Shown here: one piece after another, positions 20,617 through 32,289 of the stretch
Numbering within the stretch: the first letter of the stretch is position 1
Layout: each line of letters opens with the position of its first letter
NCBI GenBank assembly: GCA_044229975.1
Contig: JBGARZ010000005.1
Coordinates: 160,001 to 224,000, forward strand
Length of the DNA stretch: 64,000 bases
Direction: 5' to 3'
Source of the DNA: Polyangiales bacterium
GTDB lineage: Bacteria; Myxococcota_A; Polyangia; Polyangiales; Ga0077539
Translations under genes and position numbers: made by a program
The notes under the pieces: model-generated
Database searches by the model: none
What the model was told of the DNA's origin: nothing
Seen by the model: the letters and a program-made list of their open reading frames with translations, nothing else

Positions 20617-20958
20617 GTGAGCAACATCAAACCCACTGGCAGCACCGCAACGGGCGCCGTCGACCCCCTCGGCGACGCCGCTCCCGCCGCACCGACCAAC
20701 GCCGCCGCGCCCACCACCAGCACCACCGCCACCACCGCCGCGACAGCCCCCTCCGAGGCTGTCATCAGCGCGCTCCGCGAGGGCAAGGTCACCCCCGACG
20801 AAGCCGTGCGTCAGCTCACCACCCTCGCCCTCCAGCGGGCGGGCGTTCCCGATGCGATGCGCCCGCAGATCGAGGCCCGCATGCGCGAACTCCTCGGCAA
20901 CGATCCCACCCTCGGCGGGCTCCTCCGCCGCATGGGCGCGACCGTCCCCGAGGAGTAG
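20617..20958 (+). CDS. Small hypothetical protein
   Basis: GC3-biased frame (VSNIKPTG...LREGKVTPDEAVRQL) that fills the gap between folE and the next gene. Confidence 0.65.
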   Translation: MSNIKPTGSTATGAVDPLGDAAPAAPTNAAAPTTSTTATTAATAPSEAVISALREGKVTPDEAVRQLTTLALQRAGVPDAMRPQIEARMRELLGNDPTLGGLLRRMGATVPEE

Positions 20959-20968
20959 GTCCGCCCCC

Positions 20969-21565
20969 TCAGTTGTCCCGCTCGCCGGGCGGGTCGAGCA
21001 CCGCGCGGTACATCTCCGCGGTGAACTTCACCTGCCCCGGAAACTCCCTGTCGGCCCCGCCCATCAGCCGGTCGACCACGCTCTCCAGCACATCAAAGCG
21101 CGTCGCCAGCAGGTGGTACTGGTCTTCCGGGAGCGTCCCCAGGACTTCGAGCGCGCTGCGCAGGTGGCCGAGCTCTTCGTTGCTCACGCCGTAGCCCGCG
21201 CCGCCCTCCACCACCTCGCGCCCGTCGATGGCTTCGAGCGCGAAGGCCACCGGGTTGAAGTGCAGGAAGCAGCTCTCGAACTCCACCCGCCACGCCGCGT
21301 GGTCGGACTCCGGAGCGCGCCAACGGGCCGGGTAGACCCGTCGAACCACCTCGCCGAAGTAGGCACCCGCCGCGGGCGCCACGAGGCCGCGGATGTGCGG
21401 CTCGTGGGTGCCGACGTTGTGCAGGTAGTGGTCGAGCAGCGGCAGCGTGTCGCCGGTGAAGTCGAGCAGCACGCCGGTCGCGCGCTCGACGAACTGAACG
21501 CACGCCACGGCCAGGTCGCGGACGTGCTCGGGTGTGCCCTCGGGGCGGAAGTCCCTGAAATCCAT
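20969..21565 (-). CDS. Hypothetical protein
   Basis: LDFTGDTLPLLDHYL...AGAYFGEVVRR motif, resembling DUF3806-like proteins. Confidence 0.75.
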   Translation of the reverse strand: MDFRDFRPEGTPEHVRDLAVACVQFVERATGVLLDFTGDTLPLLDHYLHNVGTHEPHIRGLVAPAAGAYFGEVVRRVYPARWRAPESDHAAWRVEFESCFLHFNPVAFALEAIDGREVVEGGAGYGVSNEELGHLRSALEVLGTLPEDQYHLLATRFDVLESVVDRLMGGADREFPGQVKFTAEMYRAVLDPPGERDN

Positions 21566-21651
21566 AGGCGGGGGCACATACGACGCCCAACACGCGATCG
21601 CCAAGGCCCCCGGCGACGTGATACGCAGGCGGCTCTTCTGGAGGGTCTTGC

Positions 21652-24105
21652 ATGGTCGCGCGTAGCTTCTCCCTGGCGGATCCACCGTACACGGGCACCC
21701 TGGGTTCGACCCGGCGTGAAGTCGTCTTCGTCCCCACGCAGGAGGGCGGCGCGCGTCGCGTCGAGATCCTCCGGGGGGTCAACGCCGCCACCGATCCGCC
21801 CCTCGCGCGGCAGGCGCTCGACGGCACCCTGCACCGCCACGCCGACCACGACCTCGCGGTCCCCTTTGTCTTCCACGACCCGGCGGCGCGGCGCTTCGCG
21901 CTGGTCATCCCGCCGGGGCTCGCCCACCAGGAGCTGAGCCTCCGCGGCGACCTCCTCGCCCGCCTCGCGGGTGACACCAGCGAACCCATCCCGGCGTACG
22001 TCCGCGAAGCGCGCGTGGTGCTCGGCGCCGCCGGGCTGCGCGCCTGGCTCGACACCCCCGACGAGCGATCGGCTCGTGAAGACCTCTCGGTCCGCGAAGA
22101 GCGCCTGCGACGCCGCGCCGAAGACGTCACCCGCCGCGAGAGCGACGCCCAGCTCCTGGAGGAGGCCCTCGTCGCCCGCGAAGAGGCCGTCGCCCAGGAA
22201 GAGCTGGCGATGCGCGCGAACATGTCCGCGCTCGCCGCCCGCGAGGCCGTGCTGCGCGCGAGAGAAGAGGCCGCGGCGGGTGCCGACGGCGGTGGCGTCC
22301 CGGAGGTCGAGGCGCCCATCGCGCTGGAGCCCGAGCCCGCGGCCCCCATCGCCGACGCCGAGGCGAGCGAAGACAGCATGGAGCTGGAGCCCGACGAGCT
22401 CACCGGGCGCCTCTCGCTGGCGCGATCCGAGGCGGTGGACTCGGCCGAGATCGAGCCCGAACCCGATGAGCCCGCGCCCGAGTCGGTGGAGCCCGCGCCC
22501 GACCCCGAGCCCGCTGCGCCAGAGCCTCTCGCGGCGCCGCAGCGCAACACCGCCCCGTGGGCGGCCGTGGTCGACGGCGACGTTCGCCTGTGGTGCCCGG
22601 GGAGCGTCGAGACCTCCGCGGCCCTCAGCGCCGACGACGTGGCGCTGCGCCTCCAGGTGGCCGCCGACGGAACACAGCCCCTCGCCCTGCTCACGCTCCA
22701 GCGCTCGCGCCCGGCCTCGTCGCTCGCGCGCGTGGTGCTCGACCTCCAGAGCCCCGAAGATCGCGGCGTCATCGAGTCGCTGGGGCGCATCTTCCGGGTG
22801 CGCGTCGAGGTGGTGAGCCACGCCGGGCGCTCCATCGCGAGCCACGTGCTGGGCGCGCCGTGCGAGCCCGTGGCGCAGCGCGCGCTGGAGGTGCTGGCCG
22901 CGCGCAGCTTCGTCGACGAGGCGGCCGACGAAGAGGCCGCGCGCATGCTGGCCGACGGGGTGACGAGCGAGGTCGCGGCCGAGGCGGCGGTGCCCGACGA
23001 CGAGCGCGACCTGATGACGGCGGCGGGCGTGACGCGCGCCCTGGAGGCGTACGCGCCGCTGCTCGAAGCGGGCGCCGTCGCGCGCACGTCGCTGACGACG
23101 GGCGTCCCGGTGGCGCACATCGAGGCGTCGGCCAAGCGGCTGGTGCTGGCGGCCCTGCGGGTCGGAGCGTCGCTGCCGCGTCCCTTCGTCGAGCGCGCGC
23201 TCCGGGCGGGCGTGGCGCCCGACGAGGCGATGCTGGTCGCGCGGGCGATGCAGGCGTACCGGCGCTCGGTCGACGCGGGCATCGCGACCATCGGGCGACA
23301 GCGGGCCGACGCCTCGGTGGCGTGGGGGCCGCTGCTCGAACGGGCACGGGCGCTGGAGGTTCCGATCGACGCGACCATCCGCGCGGCCGTCGCAGCGGTG
23401 TGGGACCCCGACGATGAAAGCTCCGTCGCGCCGCCCGACGACCGCAAGGCCCCTTCGTCCATCGCCGCGATGGACCTCGGTGAGCGCCTCAGCTGGATCA
23501 CGCACCCGACCGTCCGCTGGGACGTCGCGCGCTCGCTGGCGGGCAACGACGCGCCCGGCCACATCCCGGCGCTGCGCCTCGCCTTCCACCGCCTGCCCGC
23601 CGCGGACTGCGTGAAGCTCGCGGCCGAGCTCACGGCCCACGGCGACGCCCTGGCCGACCTCTGGGTCGAGCTGCTCTCCTCGTCGCGGCCCGCGCTCGTG
23701 GGCGTGGCGGCGACGGTGGCGAGCGCGCTGCACCTGCGCCGGGCGCTCTCGCCGCTGGTGCAGCGGGCGCTGTCGCCCACCGAAGAGGCGTGGCGGCTCA
23801 TGGGCTGGGCGGCGGGCGGCTTCGGTCCCGCGCTGGTGAAGGCGGTGAGCCGGCTGGAGGGCGTTCAGGTCGAGCGGCTGGCCTGGACGCTGGCGCACGC
23901 CGTGGCGCAGGGCGGGGCCAAGGAGATGGAGCGCTCGCGGCAGGGCTCCGACCCGGCCTTCGAGCAGGCCGCGACGCGGGCTTTGTCGCTGCAGGAGGAG
24001 GTTCAGCGCTGGACGGCGGCGCTGCGCGAGGGCAACGGCGAGACGCCGACCGAGCGCGCGGTGGCCCCGTTGCTGTCTCGGACAGGAGAGTTCGCCCTTC
24101 GCTAG
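21652..24105 (+). CDS. Large hypothetical protein: degenerate CpXC-like N-terminus, coiled coil, acidic linker, helical repeats
   Basis: GVNAATDPPLARQALDGTLH...PFVFHDP, an E/R/A coiled coil and an EPEP-rich linker. Confidence 0.75.
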   Translation: MVARSFSLADPPYTGTLGSTRREVVFVPTQEGGARRVEILRGVNAATDPPLARQALDGTLHRHADHDLAVPFVFHDPAARRFALVIPPGLAHQELSLRGDLLARLAGDTSEPIPAYVREARVVLGAAGLRAWLDTPDERSAREDLSVREERLRRRAEDVTRRESDAQLLEEALVAREEAVAQEELAMRANMSALAAREAVLRAREEAAAGADGGGVPEVEAPIALEPEPAAPIADAEASEDSMELEPDELTGRLSLARSEAVDSAEIEPEPDEPAPESVEPAPDPEPAAPEPLAAPQRNTAPWAAVVDGDVRLWCPGSVETSAALSADDVALRLQVAADGTQPLALLTLQRSRPASSLARVVLDLQSPEDRGVIESLGRIFRVRVEVVSHAGRSIASHVLGAPCEPVAQRALEVLAARSFVDEAADEEAARMLADGVTSEVAAEAAVPDDERDLMTAAGVTRALEAYAPLLEAGAVARTSLTTGVPVAHIEASAKRLVLAALRVGASLPRPFVERALRAGVAPDEAMLVARAMQAYRRSVDAGIATIGRQRADASVAWGPLLERARALEVPIDATIRAAVAAVWDPDDESSVAPPDDRKAPSSIAAMDLGERLSWITHPTVRWDVARSLAGNDAPGHIPALRLAFHRLPAADCVKLAAELTAHGDALADLWVELLSSSRPALVGVAATVASALHLRRALSPLVQRALSPTEEAWRLMGWAAGGFGPALVKAVSRLEGVQVERLAWTLAHAVAQGGAKEMERSRQGSDPAFEQAATRALSLQEEVQRWTAALREGNGETPTERAVAPLLSRTGEFALR

Positions 24106-24156
24106 TCGGTCGTGGACACCGACGCCCCCTCTCTCTAGGATCGCGCTCCCGACTCA

Positions 24157-24900
24157 ATGCGCATTGGCATCTTCAGTGACGTCCACGCCAACATCGAGGC
24201 GCTCTCCGCCGTGGTGGAGGCGCTGCGGCGCGAGTCTCCCGACGTGATGTACTGCCTCGGCGACGTGGTGGGCTACGGCGCGTCACCCAACGAGTGCGCC
24301 GACCTGGTGCGCAGCGTCGCGAAGGTCACCATCCTCGGCAACCACGACGCGGCCGTCTCGGGCCGCATGGATTACAGCTACTACTACGAGGCCGCGCGGC
24401 GGGCGCTCGACCTGCACGTCTCGCTGCTCAGCGCGGAAAACCTCTCGTGGCTCCGCGCGCTGCCCTACAAGCACGTCGTCGAAGACACGGGCGTCCACCT
24501 CTGCCACGGCTCGCCCGTCCGGCTGGAGGAGTTCGACTACATCTTCTCGCCGGAGCAGGCGCGCGACTGCCTCTCCATCTACCCCGAGCTCGGTCACCTC
24601 ACGCTCATCGGGCACTCGCACCTGTGCAAGGCCTTCGAGTTCACGGGCGACGACGTCATCGAGCTACAGGGCCCGCCCCGCACCATCGACCTGCGCCCCG
24701 ACCGCAAGTACATCGTCTCCGTCGGCAGCGTCGGTCAGCCGCGCGACTACGACAACCGCGCCAGCTACGTCATCTACGACACCGACGCGAAGCGCTTCGA
24801 GTTTCGCCGCGTCGAGTACGACATCGAGGGCGCCGCGCAGAAGATCTTCGACGCCCGCCTCGAGCGTAACTTCGGGCACCGCCTCTTCATCGGCGTCTGA
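24157..24900 (+). CDS. Calcineurin-like metallophosphoesterase
   Basis: SDVHAN, LGDVVGYG, GNHD, HGSP, GHSH and GSVGQPRD motifs. Confidence 0.95.
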   Translation: MRIGIFSDVHANIEALSAVVEALRRESPDVMYCLGDVVGYGASPNECADLVRSVAKVTILGNHDAAVSGRMDYSYYYEAARRALDLHVSLLSAENLSWLRALPYKHVVEDTGVHLCHGSPVRLEEFDYIFSPEQARDCLSIYPELGHLTLIGHSHLCKAFEFTGDDVIELQGPPRTIDLRPDRKYIVSVGSVGQPRDYDNRASYVIYDTDAKRFEFRRVEYDIEGAAQKIFDARLERNFGHRLFIGV

Positions 24901-24903
24901 CGG

Positions 24904-25569
24904 CTACCGCGGTGTCGTGCCGCGGCTCCAGCCGAAGCTGGCGCCGATGGAGACGGTGGTCGCGTTGAGCTGCGAGAAGGGGTCGTGCCCCACTGCGACG
25001 TCGAGCTCCATCCAGCGAAAGGGCCGCCACTGCGCGCCGACGTCGAGGGCGTAGAGCCCGTCGATGCCACGGTACTCGGCGTTTTCGGTGCGGTGCGTGA
25101 CGTTGACGATCATCGCGCCGACGCGCAGCCCGGCGTTGAGCACCACGGGGCCGAGGCGCAGCCGCGGGCCGGCGCTCATCCAGGCCAGGGTGGTGAAGCG
25201 AGCGCGGTAGTTCATCGCGTCGAGGCCGGCGGTCACCTCGGGAAACTCGTAGATGTCCGCGCCGACGCGCACATAGAACCAGCGCGCGTCGAAGGCGATG
25301 CCCGCCGAGATGCCGCCGAGGCCCATCCCGTCCCACCCGAGAAACTTCCCGTCGAAGCGCGGCAGGCGCATGGACCCGCTGCGCACCCGGCGGTCTTGCC
25401 CCTCGAAGCTCATCGAGCCGAGGTTGAGGTGCGAGTAGACGAGGCCGATGCGCGCGTAGATGCCGGTGCCGCTCGGGTCGACGCTGGTCTGGGCGTGCGA
25501 CGACCGGGGCACGAGCGACGACACGCCGAGGGCGATCATCGTGAGTCCGATCTGCGCTGCACGTCCCAT
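24904..25569 (-). CDS. Hypothetical secreted/outer-membrane beta-barrel-like protein
   Basis: Signal peptide ending SSHA followed by amphipathic beta strands. Confidence 0.6.
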   Translation of the reverse strand: MGRAAQIGLTMIALGVSSLVPRSSHAQTSVDPSGTGIYARIGLVYSHLNLGSMSFEGQDRRVRSGSMRLPRFDGKFLGWDGMGLGGISAGIAFDARWFYVRVGADIYEFPEVTAGLDAMNYRARFTTLAWMSAGPRLRLGPVVLNAGLRVGAMIVNVTHRTENAEYRGIDGLYALDVGAQWRPFRWMELDVAVGHDPFSQLNATTVSIGASFGWSRGTTPR

Positions 25570-25691
25570 CTGTGGCGGTGCCCTCAGCAACGGATGTTCC
25601 GCCCGTCCCGACGTGGGTTTCAAGCGGTGAAGCCGTGGTTTTCGCATGGCTCCTGCGCTGGCCGTGGTGGCCACCCGAGGCGCCACCCCCG

Positions 25692-26132
25692 TTAGAGGTG
25701 ACCGCGCTGCGAGCGGGACTTCACCGTGAGCACCGAACACGGAGCGTTGCGGACGACCGCCTCGGCGACGCTCCCGAGGAAGAGCCGGTCGAGCCCGCGG
25801 CGACCGTGGGTGCCCACGATGACGGCGTCGGCGTGGATGGCCACCGCGTGGTCGACGATGGTGTCGGCGGGAGAGCTCCCCGGCTGCGCCGAGAACTGCA
25901 ACCGCACACCGTCCGTCGGCGGGTGCGCGGCGCGCTCGGTCTCGACCATGCGGCGCAGCTCGTCACAGGCGTGCTCGAAGGTGCCGAGGGAGGTGAGCTC
26001 GTCGTCGCCCGGCGCCACCACGGTCATGATGTGCAGCTCGGCCGGCGCGGCGCGGGCGGCGACCTCGAGGGCGGTGTGCAGGGCGGACCGGGACGAGTCC
26101 TTGAAGTCCAGCGCGACGAGGAAGCGCAGCAT
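25692..26132 (-). CDS. Universal stress protein
   Basis: [10 protein letters not shown] and [32 protein letters not shown]. Confidence 0.95.
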   Translation of the reverse strand: MLRFLVALDFKDSSRSALHTALEVAARAAPAELHIMTVVAPGDDELTSLGTFEHACDELRRMVETERAAHPPTDGVRLQFSAQPGSSPADTIVDHAVAIHADAVIVGTHGRRGLDRLFLGSVAEAVVRNAPCSVLTVKSRSQRGHL

Positions 26133-26191
26133 CGGTGTGGCGTGATTTCGGGGGAAGCGGAGGAGAGAGGGAGGGCCGTGAGGCGGAGCGG

Positions 26192-26371
26192 TCAGGCCGA
26201 CTTCTCGGAGGGAGGCGGCGGGGCGGCGGGGTCGTTGTTTTCCCGCAGGCCGCGCTTGAAGTTGGAGATGCCCTCGCCCAGGCCGCGGCCGAGCTGAGGA
26301 ATCTTCGCGGCGCCGAAGATCAGCACCACCAGCAGCAGGATGACGATCAGCTCAGTTGGTCCAAGTCCCAT
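26192..26371 (-). CDS. tatA: Twin-arginine translocase TatA/TatE
   Basis: MGLGPTELIVILLLVVLIFGAAKIPQLGRGLGEGISNFK matches the TatA pattern. Confidence 0.93.
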   Translation of the reverse strand: MGLGPTELIVILLLVVLIFGAAKIPQLGRGLGEGISNFKRGLRENNDPAAPPPPSEKSA

Positions 26372-26408
26372 GGTGGTACTCCGTGTCTCGAAAGGGGGTT
26401 TTCGGGTT

Positions 26409-27191
26409 CTACACCCCGGAGCGCGCGGCGGGCAACTCGACGCACCGGGCCACGTCGTCGAGGTCAACCCGGACAAGGCGCACGGTGAGCGTAGAAACCT
26501 TCGCGGCGACAGCGACGCGGTGGCGAGCGCCGAGGTCGACGCGATGAAAGCGCCAGCACATCGGGTCATCGTCGAGCGTCGGCGCAAACGCGATGCGCAC
26601 CGGGTCGTCGTCGGGCTCGAAGGAGAAGTCCCCGAGCGGAATGGCGAGGCCCATCCCGCGCGCCTTGATGTACGCCTCCTTGAGGGTCCAGAGCGCCAGG
26701 AAGCGGTCGTGGTGCTGCGACGTCGGAAGCGCGCGCAGGGCCGACGCCTCGCTCGCGGAGAAGAAGCGATCGACGATGGGGAGCACGTCGATGGTGCGCG
26801 CCAGCGGCTCGACATCGACGCCCACGAGGGGGTCGCGACCGAGGGCGAGCACGATCATCCCGCGGGTGTGCGAGAGGTTGAAGTAGGTCACCACCGGAGC
26901 CTCCGGCGCGTCGACGGAGGGGCGACCGTACTCGTTCACGGCGAAGCGCCACGCGCGCGGATCGACCGGCGACCACGACGAGAGCGCGGCCCGCACGAGC
27001 GCCCGCGCGCCGAGGTACTCACCCGCCGCGCCCTCGTGGCGGAAGCGATCGTGACGGGCGAGCTCGTCTTCCGGCAGCGCCGACCGCAGCCGCGCCACGA
27101 GCTCCGTCGGAAGCGCCCGGGGAATCTCGACGTGGCAGAGAAGCACCTCGCCGTGCGGCGGCGGCGCGTCGGTGGGGAGCAGCGGGCTCAC
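26409..27191 (-). CDS. Sfp-type 4'-phosphopantetheinyl transferase
   Basis: FNLSHT, VGVDVE and WTLKEAYIKARGMGL. Confidence 0.93.
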   Translation of the reverse strand: MSPLLPTDAPPPHGEVLLCHVEIPRALPTELVARLRSALPEDELARHDRFRHEGAAGEYLGARALVRAALSSWSPVDPRAWRFAVNEYGRPSVDAPEAPVVTYFNLSHTRGMIVLALGRDPLVGVDVEPLARTIDVLPIVDRFFSASEASALRALPTSQHHDRFLALWTLKEAYIKARGMGLAIPLGDFSFEPDDDPVRIAFAPTLDDDPMCWRFHRVDLGARHRVAVAAKVSTLTVRLVRVDLDDVARCVELPAARSGV

Positions 27192-28822
27192 GGCGCGCAG
27201 TCGAGGGTGACCGACCGCAGCGCGGGCGTGCTGGTGCCATCGCCCGTGAAGGAGGCGAGCACCTGCACGCGGCGAACGCCGTCACCGAGCGCGATGGTGC
27301 GGCCCGTGGTGGGCGTGCTCCACGCGGTCCAGGTGTTGGGTGTGGCGTCGCGCTCGAAGCGCACCTGGAGGGTGATGCCGTCGCCGTCGGCGTCCCAGCG
27401 CAGCGACTGTGCGCGACCGCTCGCGGGCGTCAGCGGGCCGGAGAGCCAGTGGCCGACGCGGGCGCGACCGGTGGTGGCGACGGCGGCGGAGCGCCACACC
27501 TCGCGGGGGAAGGTGTTGTTGCGATCGGCGGTCTCGGCGTCGATGCACGACGTGCGACCACCGAGCACCCAGAGCTGGCCGAGGTGGTCGACGCGCATCA
27601 CCTGATCGCTGCGCACACGTGGCAGCGTGACGCCCGCGGCGGTCTCCCAGGGACCGAGCGTTCCGTCGGGGAGGAGCGTCGCCCACCAGACGCCGTCGTA
27701 GTTGTCGCCGCCCGCGTCGCCGCAGCGCGAACGACCGCCCGCGCGACCGCCCGCCATCACCACGCGGCCACCGGTGATCACCGCCTTCTGGTCGTAGTTG
27801 CGCACCGGGAGCATGCCCGCGAGGCGCCAAGCCGAGAGCGTCCCGTCGGGCTGCACGTCGGCCACGAACATCCGCTGCTCGATGTTGGCGATGGTCTCGC
27901 AGTCCTTGCGTCGGCAGCCGCCGAAGGCCCACACCCGCTGCGCCGTCGCGGCCCCGGCGAGAAACTGGTTTACCCCGTCGGGTAATGGTGTGGTGCGGCG
28001 CCAGGGGCCGAGCGTCCCGTCGGGGAGGATGGTGGCGACGGAGACGTCGTCCGTGGCGAGGTCTCCGTCGTCGCCGCCGAGCGTGTAGAGGAAGCCCGCG
28101 GCGATGACCGACTCGTGCCCCATGCGACGAACCGGGTTGTCGGGCGCGGTGTCCCAGGCCGCGATGTCGCCGCCAACGGGGGTGGCGATGCGGGTGGCGA
28201 CGAGCTGGCGGACGTTGTCGCCGCCGAGGTCTTCGGCGCCGCCGGTCAGGTACGCGCGACCGGCGTGGGCGACGATGATGTGGTCGAGCAGGGCGAGCGG
28301 GTACGGGGTGCGGGCCGTCCAGGGGCCGAGGGTTCCGTCGGCGGAGAGCGGCGCGGCGAGGAGCTCGGTGGAGGTGTGCGTGGCGTCGGTCTGACCGCCG
28401 AGGAGGTACCACCACCCGCCCATGACGAAGCCGTCGGCGTCGAGGGCGCCGCGCGGGAGGGCGCGGTCTTCGACGAAGGGTCCAGGGCGCGTGGCGGGTG
28501 CGAGCACGAGGCCGCCGCGGGCGGAGTCGAAGACGAGCGACTGGGCCTCGGCGGGGCCGAGCGCGCGGCCGGGGTCGGGCAGGAGGTTGGCGCCGCGCAG
28601 TTCGAAGCAGCCGGGAGGGCCTGCGTCGACAGAGACGTCGGGCACGTCGCGAGCGGACGCGTCGGGCGATGGTACGTCGACGAACGATCGGTCTTCGGCG
28701 GGCGCGTCGACGGGATTACCGAGGTCGGTAAGCGGGGCGTCGGGCGCGGCGTCGGCGGGCGCGAGCGTCGAGCGGCACGCGGAGACCATGACGAGGAGGA
28801 GCGCGGGGGCGATGCGCGGCAT
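27188..28822 (-). CDS. Kelch-repeat lipoprotein
   Basis: Lipobox MVSAC and about six Kelch-like blades (YLLGG, YLTGG, YTLGG, WAFGG, VMAGG, WVLGG, with DGTLGPW turns). Confidence 0.85.
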   Translation of the reverse strand: MPRIAPALLLVMVSACRSTLAPADAAPDAPLTDLGNPVDAPAEDRSFVDVPSPDASARDVPDVSVDAGPPGCFELRGANLLPDPGRALGPAEAQSLVFDSARGGLVLAPATRPGPFVEDRALPRGALDADGFVMGGWWYLLGGQTDATHTSTELLAAPLSADGTLGPWTARTPYPLALLDHIIVAHAGRAYLTGGAEDLGGDNVRQLVATRIATPVGGDIAAWDTAPDNPVRRMGHESVIAAGFLYTLGGDDGDLATDDVSVATILPDGTLGPWRRTTPLPDGVNQFLAGAATAQRVWAFGGCRRKDCETIANIEQRMFVADVQPDGTLSAWRLAGMLPVRNYDQKAVITGGRVVMAGGRAGGRSRCGDAGGDNYDGVWWATLLPDGTLGPWETAAGVTLPRVRSDQVMRVDHLGQLWVLGGRTSCIDAETADRNNTFPREVWRSAAVATTGRARVGHWLSGPLTPASGRAQSLRWDADGDGITLQVRFERDATPNTWTAWSTPTTGRTIALGDGVRRVQVLASFTGDGTSTPALRSVTLDCAP

Positions 28823-28976
28823 CGCGTGAGACTACGACCGGACGAGGGTCGGGGCGGAGATCGCGTGACAGCGCGGCGAAGGGCTTGACGGGGGGGGGCG
28901 CTTGCCCACAATCGCGCCGCCCGCGGGGGTCCCACCTATTCGGGACCGCAGCTCTCGCGGCGCGGAGGTCGTTTCA

Positions 28977-30941
28977 TTGGAAGCTACGCCCGTACCCGTC
29001 ACCGAGACGCCTGAGCGCCCGGCCTGGAACATCGACGACGCGCTCGCCCTCTACCTCATCGACCGATGGGGCTCCGGGTACTTCACGGTCGGCCCCGACG
29101 GCAACATGGTGGCCCGCCCCCTCCAGGAGCAGGGAGCCGCCATCCCGATCCTGGAGGTCGTGAAGGAGGCGCGCGAGGAGGGCTTCCAGACGCCGCTGCT
29201 CATCCGCTTTCAGGACATCCTCCACCACCGGGTGCGCTCCATCAACGAGGCCTTCAACCGGGCCATCGCCGAGAACAAGTACCAGGGCGTCTACCGCGGC
29301 GTGTACCCCATCAAGGTCAACCAGCTCCGCGAGGTGCTCGAAGAGATCCTCGTGGCGGGCGAGCCCTTCCACTACGGCATCGAGGTGGGGTCCAAGCCCG
29401 AGGTGTTCGCCGGGCTCTCGCAGCACAGCGACCCCGAGTCCCTCATCATCTGCAACGGCTACAAGGACGACACCTTCATCCGCACCGCGCTCGTCGGCCG
29501 CAAGCTGGGCAAGCGCGTCATCCTGGTGGCCGAGAAGCTCGCCGAGGTCGCGGCCATCATCCGCGTCGCCAAGGAGATGGGCGTCGAACCCATGGTGGGG
29601 CTGCGCGTGCGCCTGCTCGCCAAGGGCGCCGGCAAGTGGGCCACCTCGGGGGGTGAGCACGCGAAGTTCGGGCTGAGCACGGCGGAGATCCTCGACGCGG
29701 GGCAGATGCTGCGCGACGCGGGGATGGCGTCGGCGTTCAAGCTGCTGCACTTCCACATCGGGTCGCAGGTGCCCGACATCCTCATCATGAAGCGCGCGGT
29801 GCGCGAGGCGGCCCGCTACTACGCCAAGCTCCGGCAGATGGGCCACGAGGTGGAGTACATCGACGTCGGGGGCGGCCTCGCCGTCGACTACGACGGCAGC
29901 GCGAGCACCTTCCACTCCTCGATGAACTACACGGTCGAGGAGTACGCCGACAACATCGTCTACAACATCATGGACATCTGTGATGACGAGAAGGTCGCGC
30001 ACCCCACCATCGTGAGCGAGTCGGGCCGCGCGGTCGTGGCGCACCACTCGGTGCTCGTGGTCGAGGCCTTCGGGAGCATCGAGAAGACGCCGAGCGAGCC
30101 CGCGCAGTCGCCGCCCGTCGACCACAAGCTCATCCGCGACCTGCTCTACATCCAGCGGCACCTCACCGTGCGCAATCTCATGGAGAGCTGGCACGACCTC
30201 ACGGACATCAAGGAGTCGTCGCAGAAGATGTTCGAGCTGGGGATGCTCGACCTCACCGTGAAGGCCCGGGTCGAGTCGCTCTACTGGGAGATCGCCGAGG
30301 CCATCCAGAACCGCGCGCTGGCCCTCGACCCCGAGGAGCGCCCCGAGGAGCTCGCCGACCTCGACAACCAGCTCGCCGACCAGCACATCTGCAACTTCTC
30401 GGTGTTTCAGTCGCTGCTCGATCACTGGGCGCTGGGGCAGCTCTTCCCCATCGTGCCGATCCATCGCTTGAACGAGGAGCCCACGCTGGAGACCACGCTG
30501 GTGGACATCACCTGCGACTCCGACGGGAAGGTGTCGAAGTTCATCGACCTCAGCGACACCCGCGACACGCTCAAGCTGCACGAGGTGGCCCCGCAGTCGC
30601 CGTACTACCTCGGCATCTTCCTGACGGGCGCCTATCAGGACATCATGGGCGACCTGCACAACCTCTTCGGGCGGGTCAATGAGGTCCACGTCTTCCTCGA
30701 TGAGGACGACGAGCGCGGGTACTACATCGAAGAGACCCTGCCGGGTAACACCGTGGCCGAGGTGCTGGCGATGACCCAGTACTTCCCCATCAACCTGGCG
30801 CAGAAGATGAAGACCCAGATCGACCAGGCCATCAAGGCCGACCGGCTCCGCCCGCAGGAGGGAATGCGCCTGCTCGCCGACTACGAGCGCGGCCTCAAGG
30901 AGCAGACCTACCTCTCCTTCCGGGCGGCCAACGGGAAGTAA
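28977..30941 (+). CDS. speA: Biosynthetic arginine decarboxylase
   Basis: YPIKVNQ (PLP Lys), EVGSKPE, HFHIGSQ, DVGGGL, CDSDG and GAYQDIMGDLHNLFG. TTG start inferred after GGAGG at 28964. Confidence 0.96.
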   Translation: MEATPVPVTETPERPAWNIDDALALYLIDRWGSGYFTVGPDGNMVARPLQEQGAAIPILEVVKEAREEGFQTPLLIRFQDILHHRVRSINEAFNRAIAENKYQGVYRGVYPIKVNQLREVLEEILVAGEPFHYGIEVGSKPEVFAGLSQHSDPESLIICNGYKDDTFIRTALVGRKLGKRVILVAEKLAEVAAIIRVAKEMGVEPMVGLRVRLLAKGAGKWATSGGEHAKFGLSTAEILDAGQMLRDAGMASAFKLLHFHIGSQVPDILIMKRAVREAARYYAKLRQMGHEVEYIDVGGGLAVDYDGSASTFHSSMNYTVEEYADNIVYNIMDICDDEKVAHPTIVSESGRAVVAHHSVLVVEAFGSIEKTPSEPAQSPPVDHKLIRDLLYIQRHLTVRNLMESWHDLTDIKESSQKMFELGMLDLTVKARVESLYWEIAEAIQNRALALDPEERPEELADLDNQLADQHICNFSVFQSLLDHWALGQLFPIVPIHRLNEEPTLETTLVDITCDSDGKVSKFIDLSDTRDTLKLHEVAPQSPYYLGIFLTGAYQDIMGDLHNLFGRVNEVHVFLDEDDERGYYIEETLPGNTVAEVLAMTQYFPINLAQKMKTQIDQAIKADRLRPQEGMRLLADYERGLKEQTYLSFRAANGK

Positions 30942-30953
30942 CACCCCCGCGAG

Positions 30954-30984
30954 CTGTCAGGCCCCCGCGACCTGACAGGTTCTT
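30954..30984 (+). terminator. Putative intrinsic terminator after speA
   Basis: CTGTCAGG-N9-CCTGACAG hairpin followed by GTTCTT. The U-tract is weak. Confidence 0.5.
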
Positions 30985-31197
30985 GACTCATCCTGCCACG
31001 CTTTTGGCGGCATTTTCTGTGCATTTTGGCCTCAAGGGCGAAGGCGAATTGACCGATAGATGGACTGTGGACGCCGCAGGGCATCGCGCCCTGCGCCCCA
31101 GAGACCTCATCGGCCATGGACCCACTGCCCTCACCACCGGTCCCGCCTTCACGGCATCGGTTGCGTCCATCCACCCATCGCTCGAAAGGGAACTGAG

Positions 31198-32285
<1,088 letters not shown>

Positions 32286-32289
<4 letters not shown>

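Noticed and set aside
21093..23898. About 900-aa minus-strand ORFs
   Set aside because: These are shadow frames of the 21652..24105 gene, typical of high-GC DNA.
26409..27191. NRPS/PKS biosynthetic cluster implied by the PPTase
   Set aside because: No carrier-protein, PKS or NRPS genes are present in the window.
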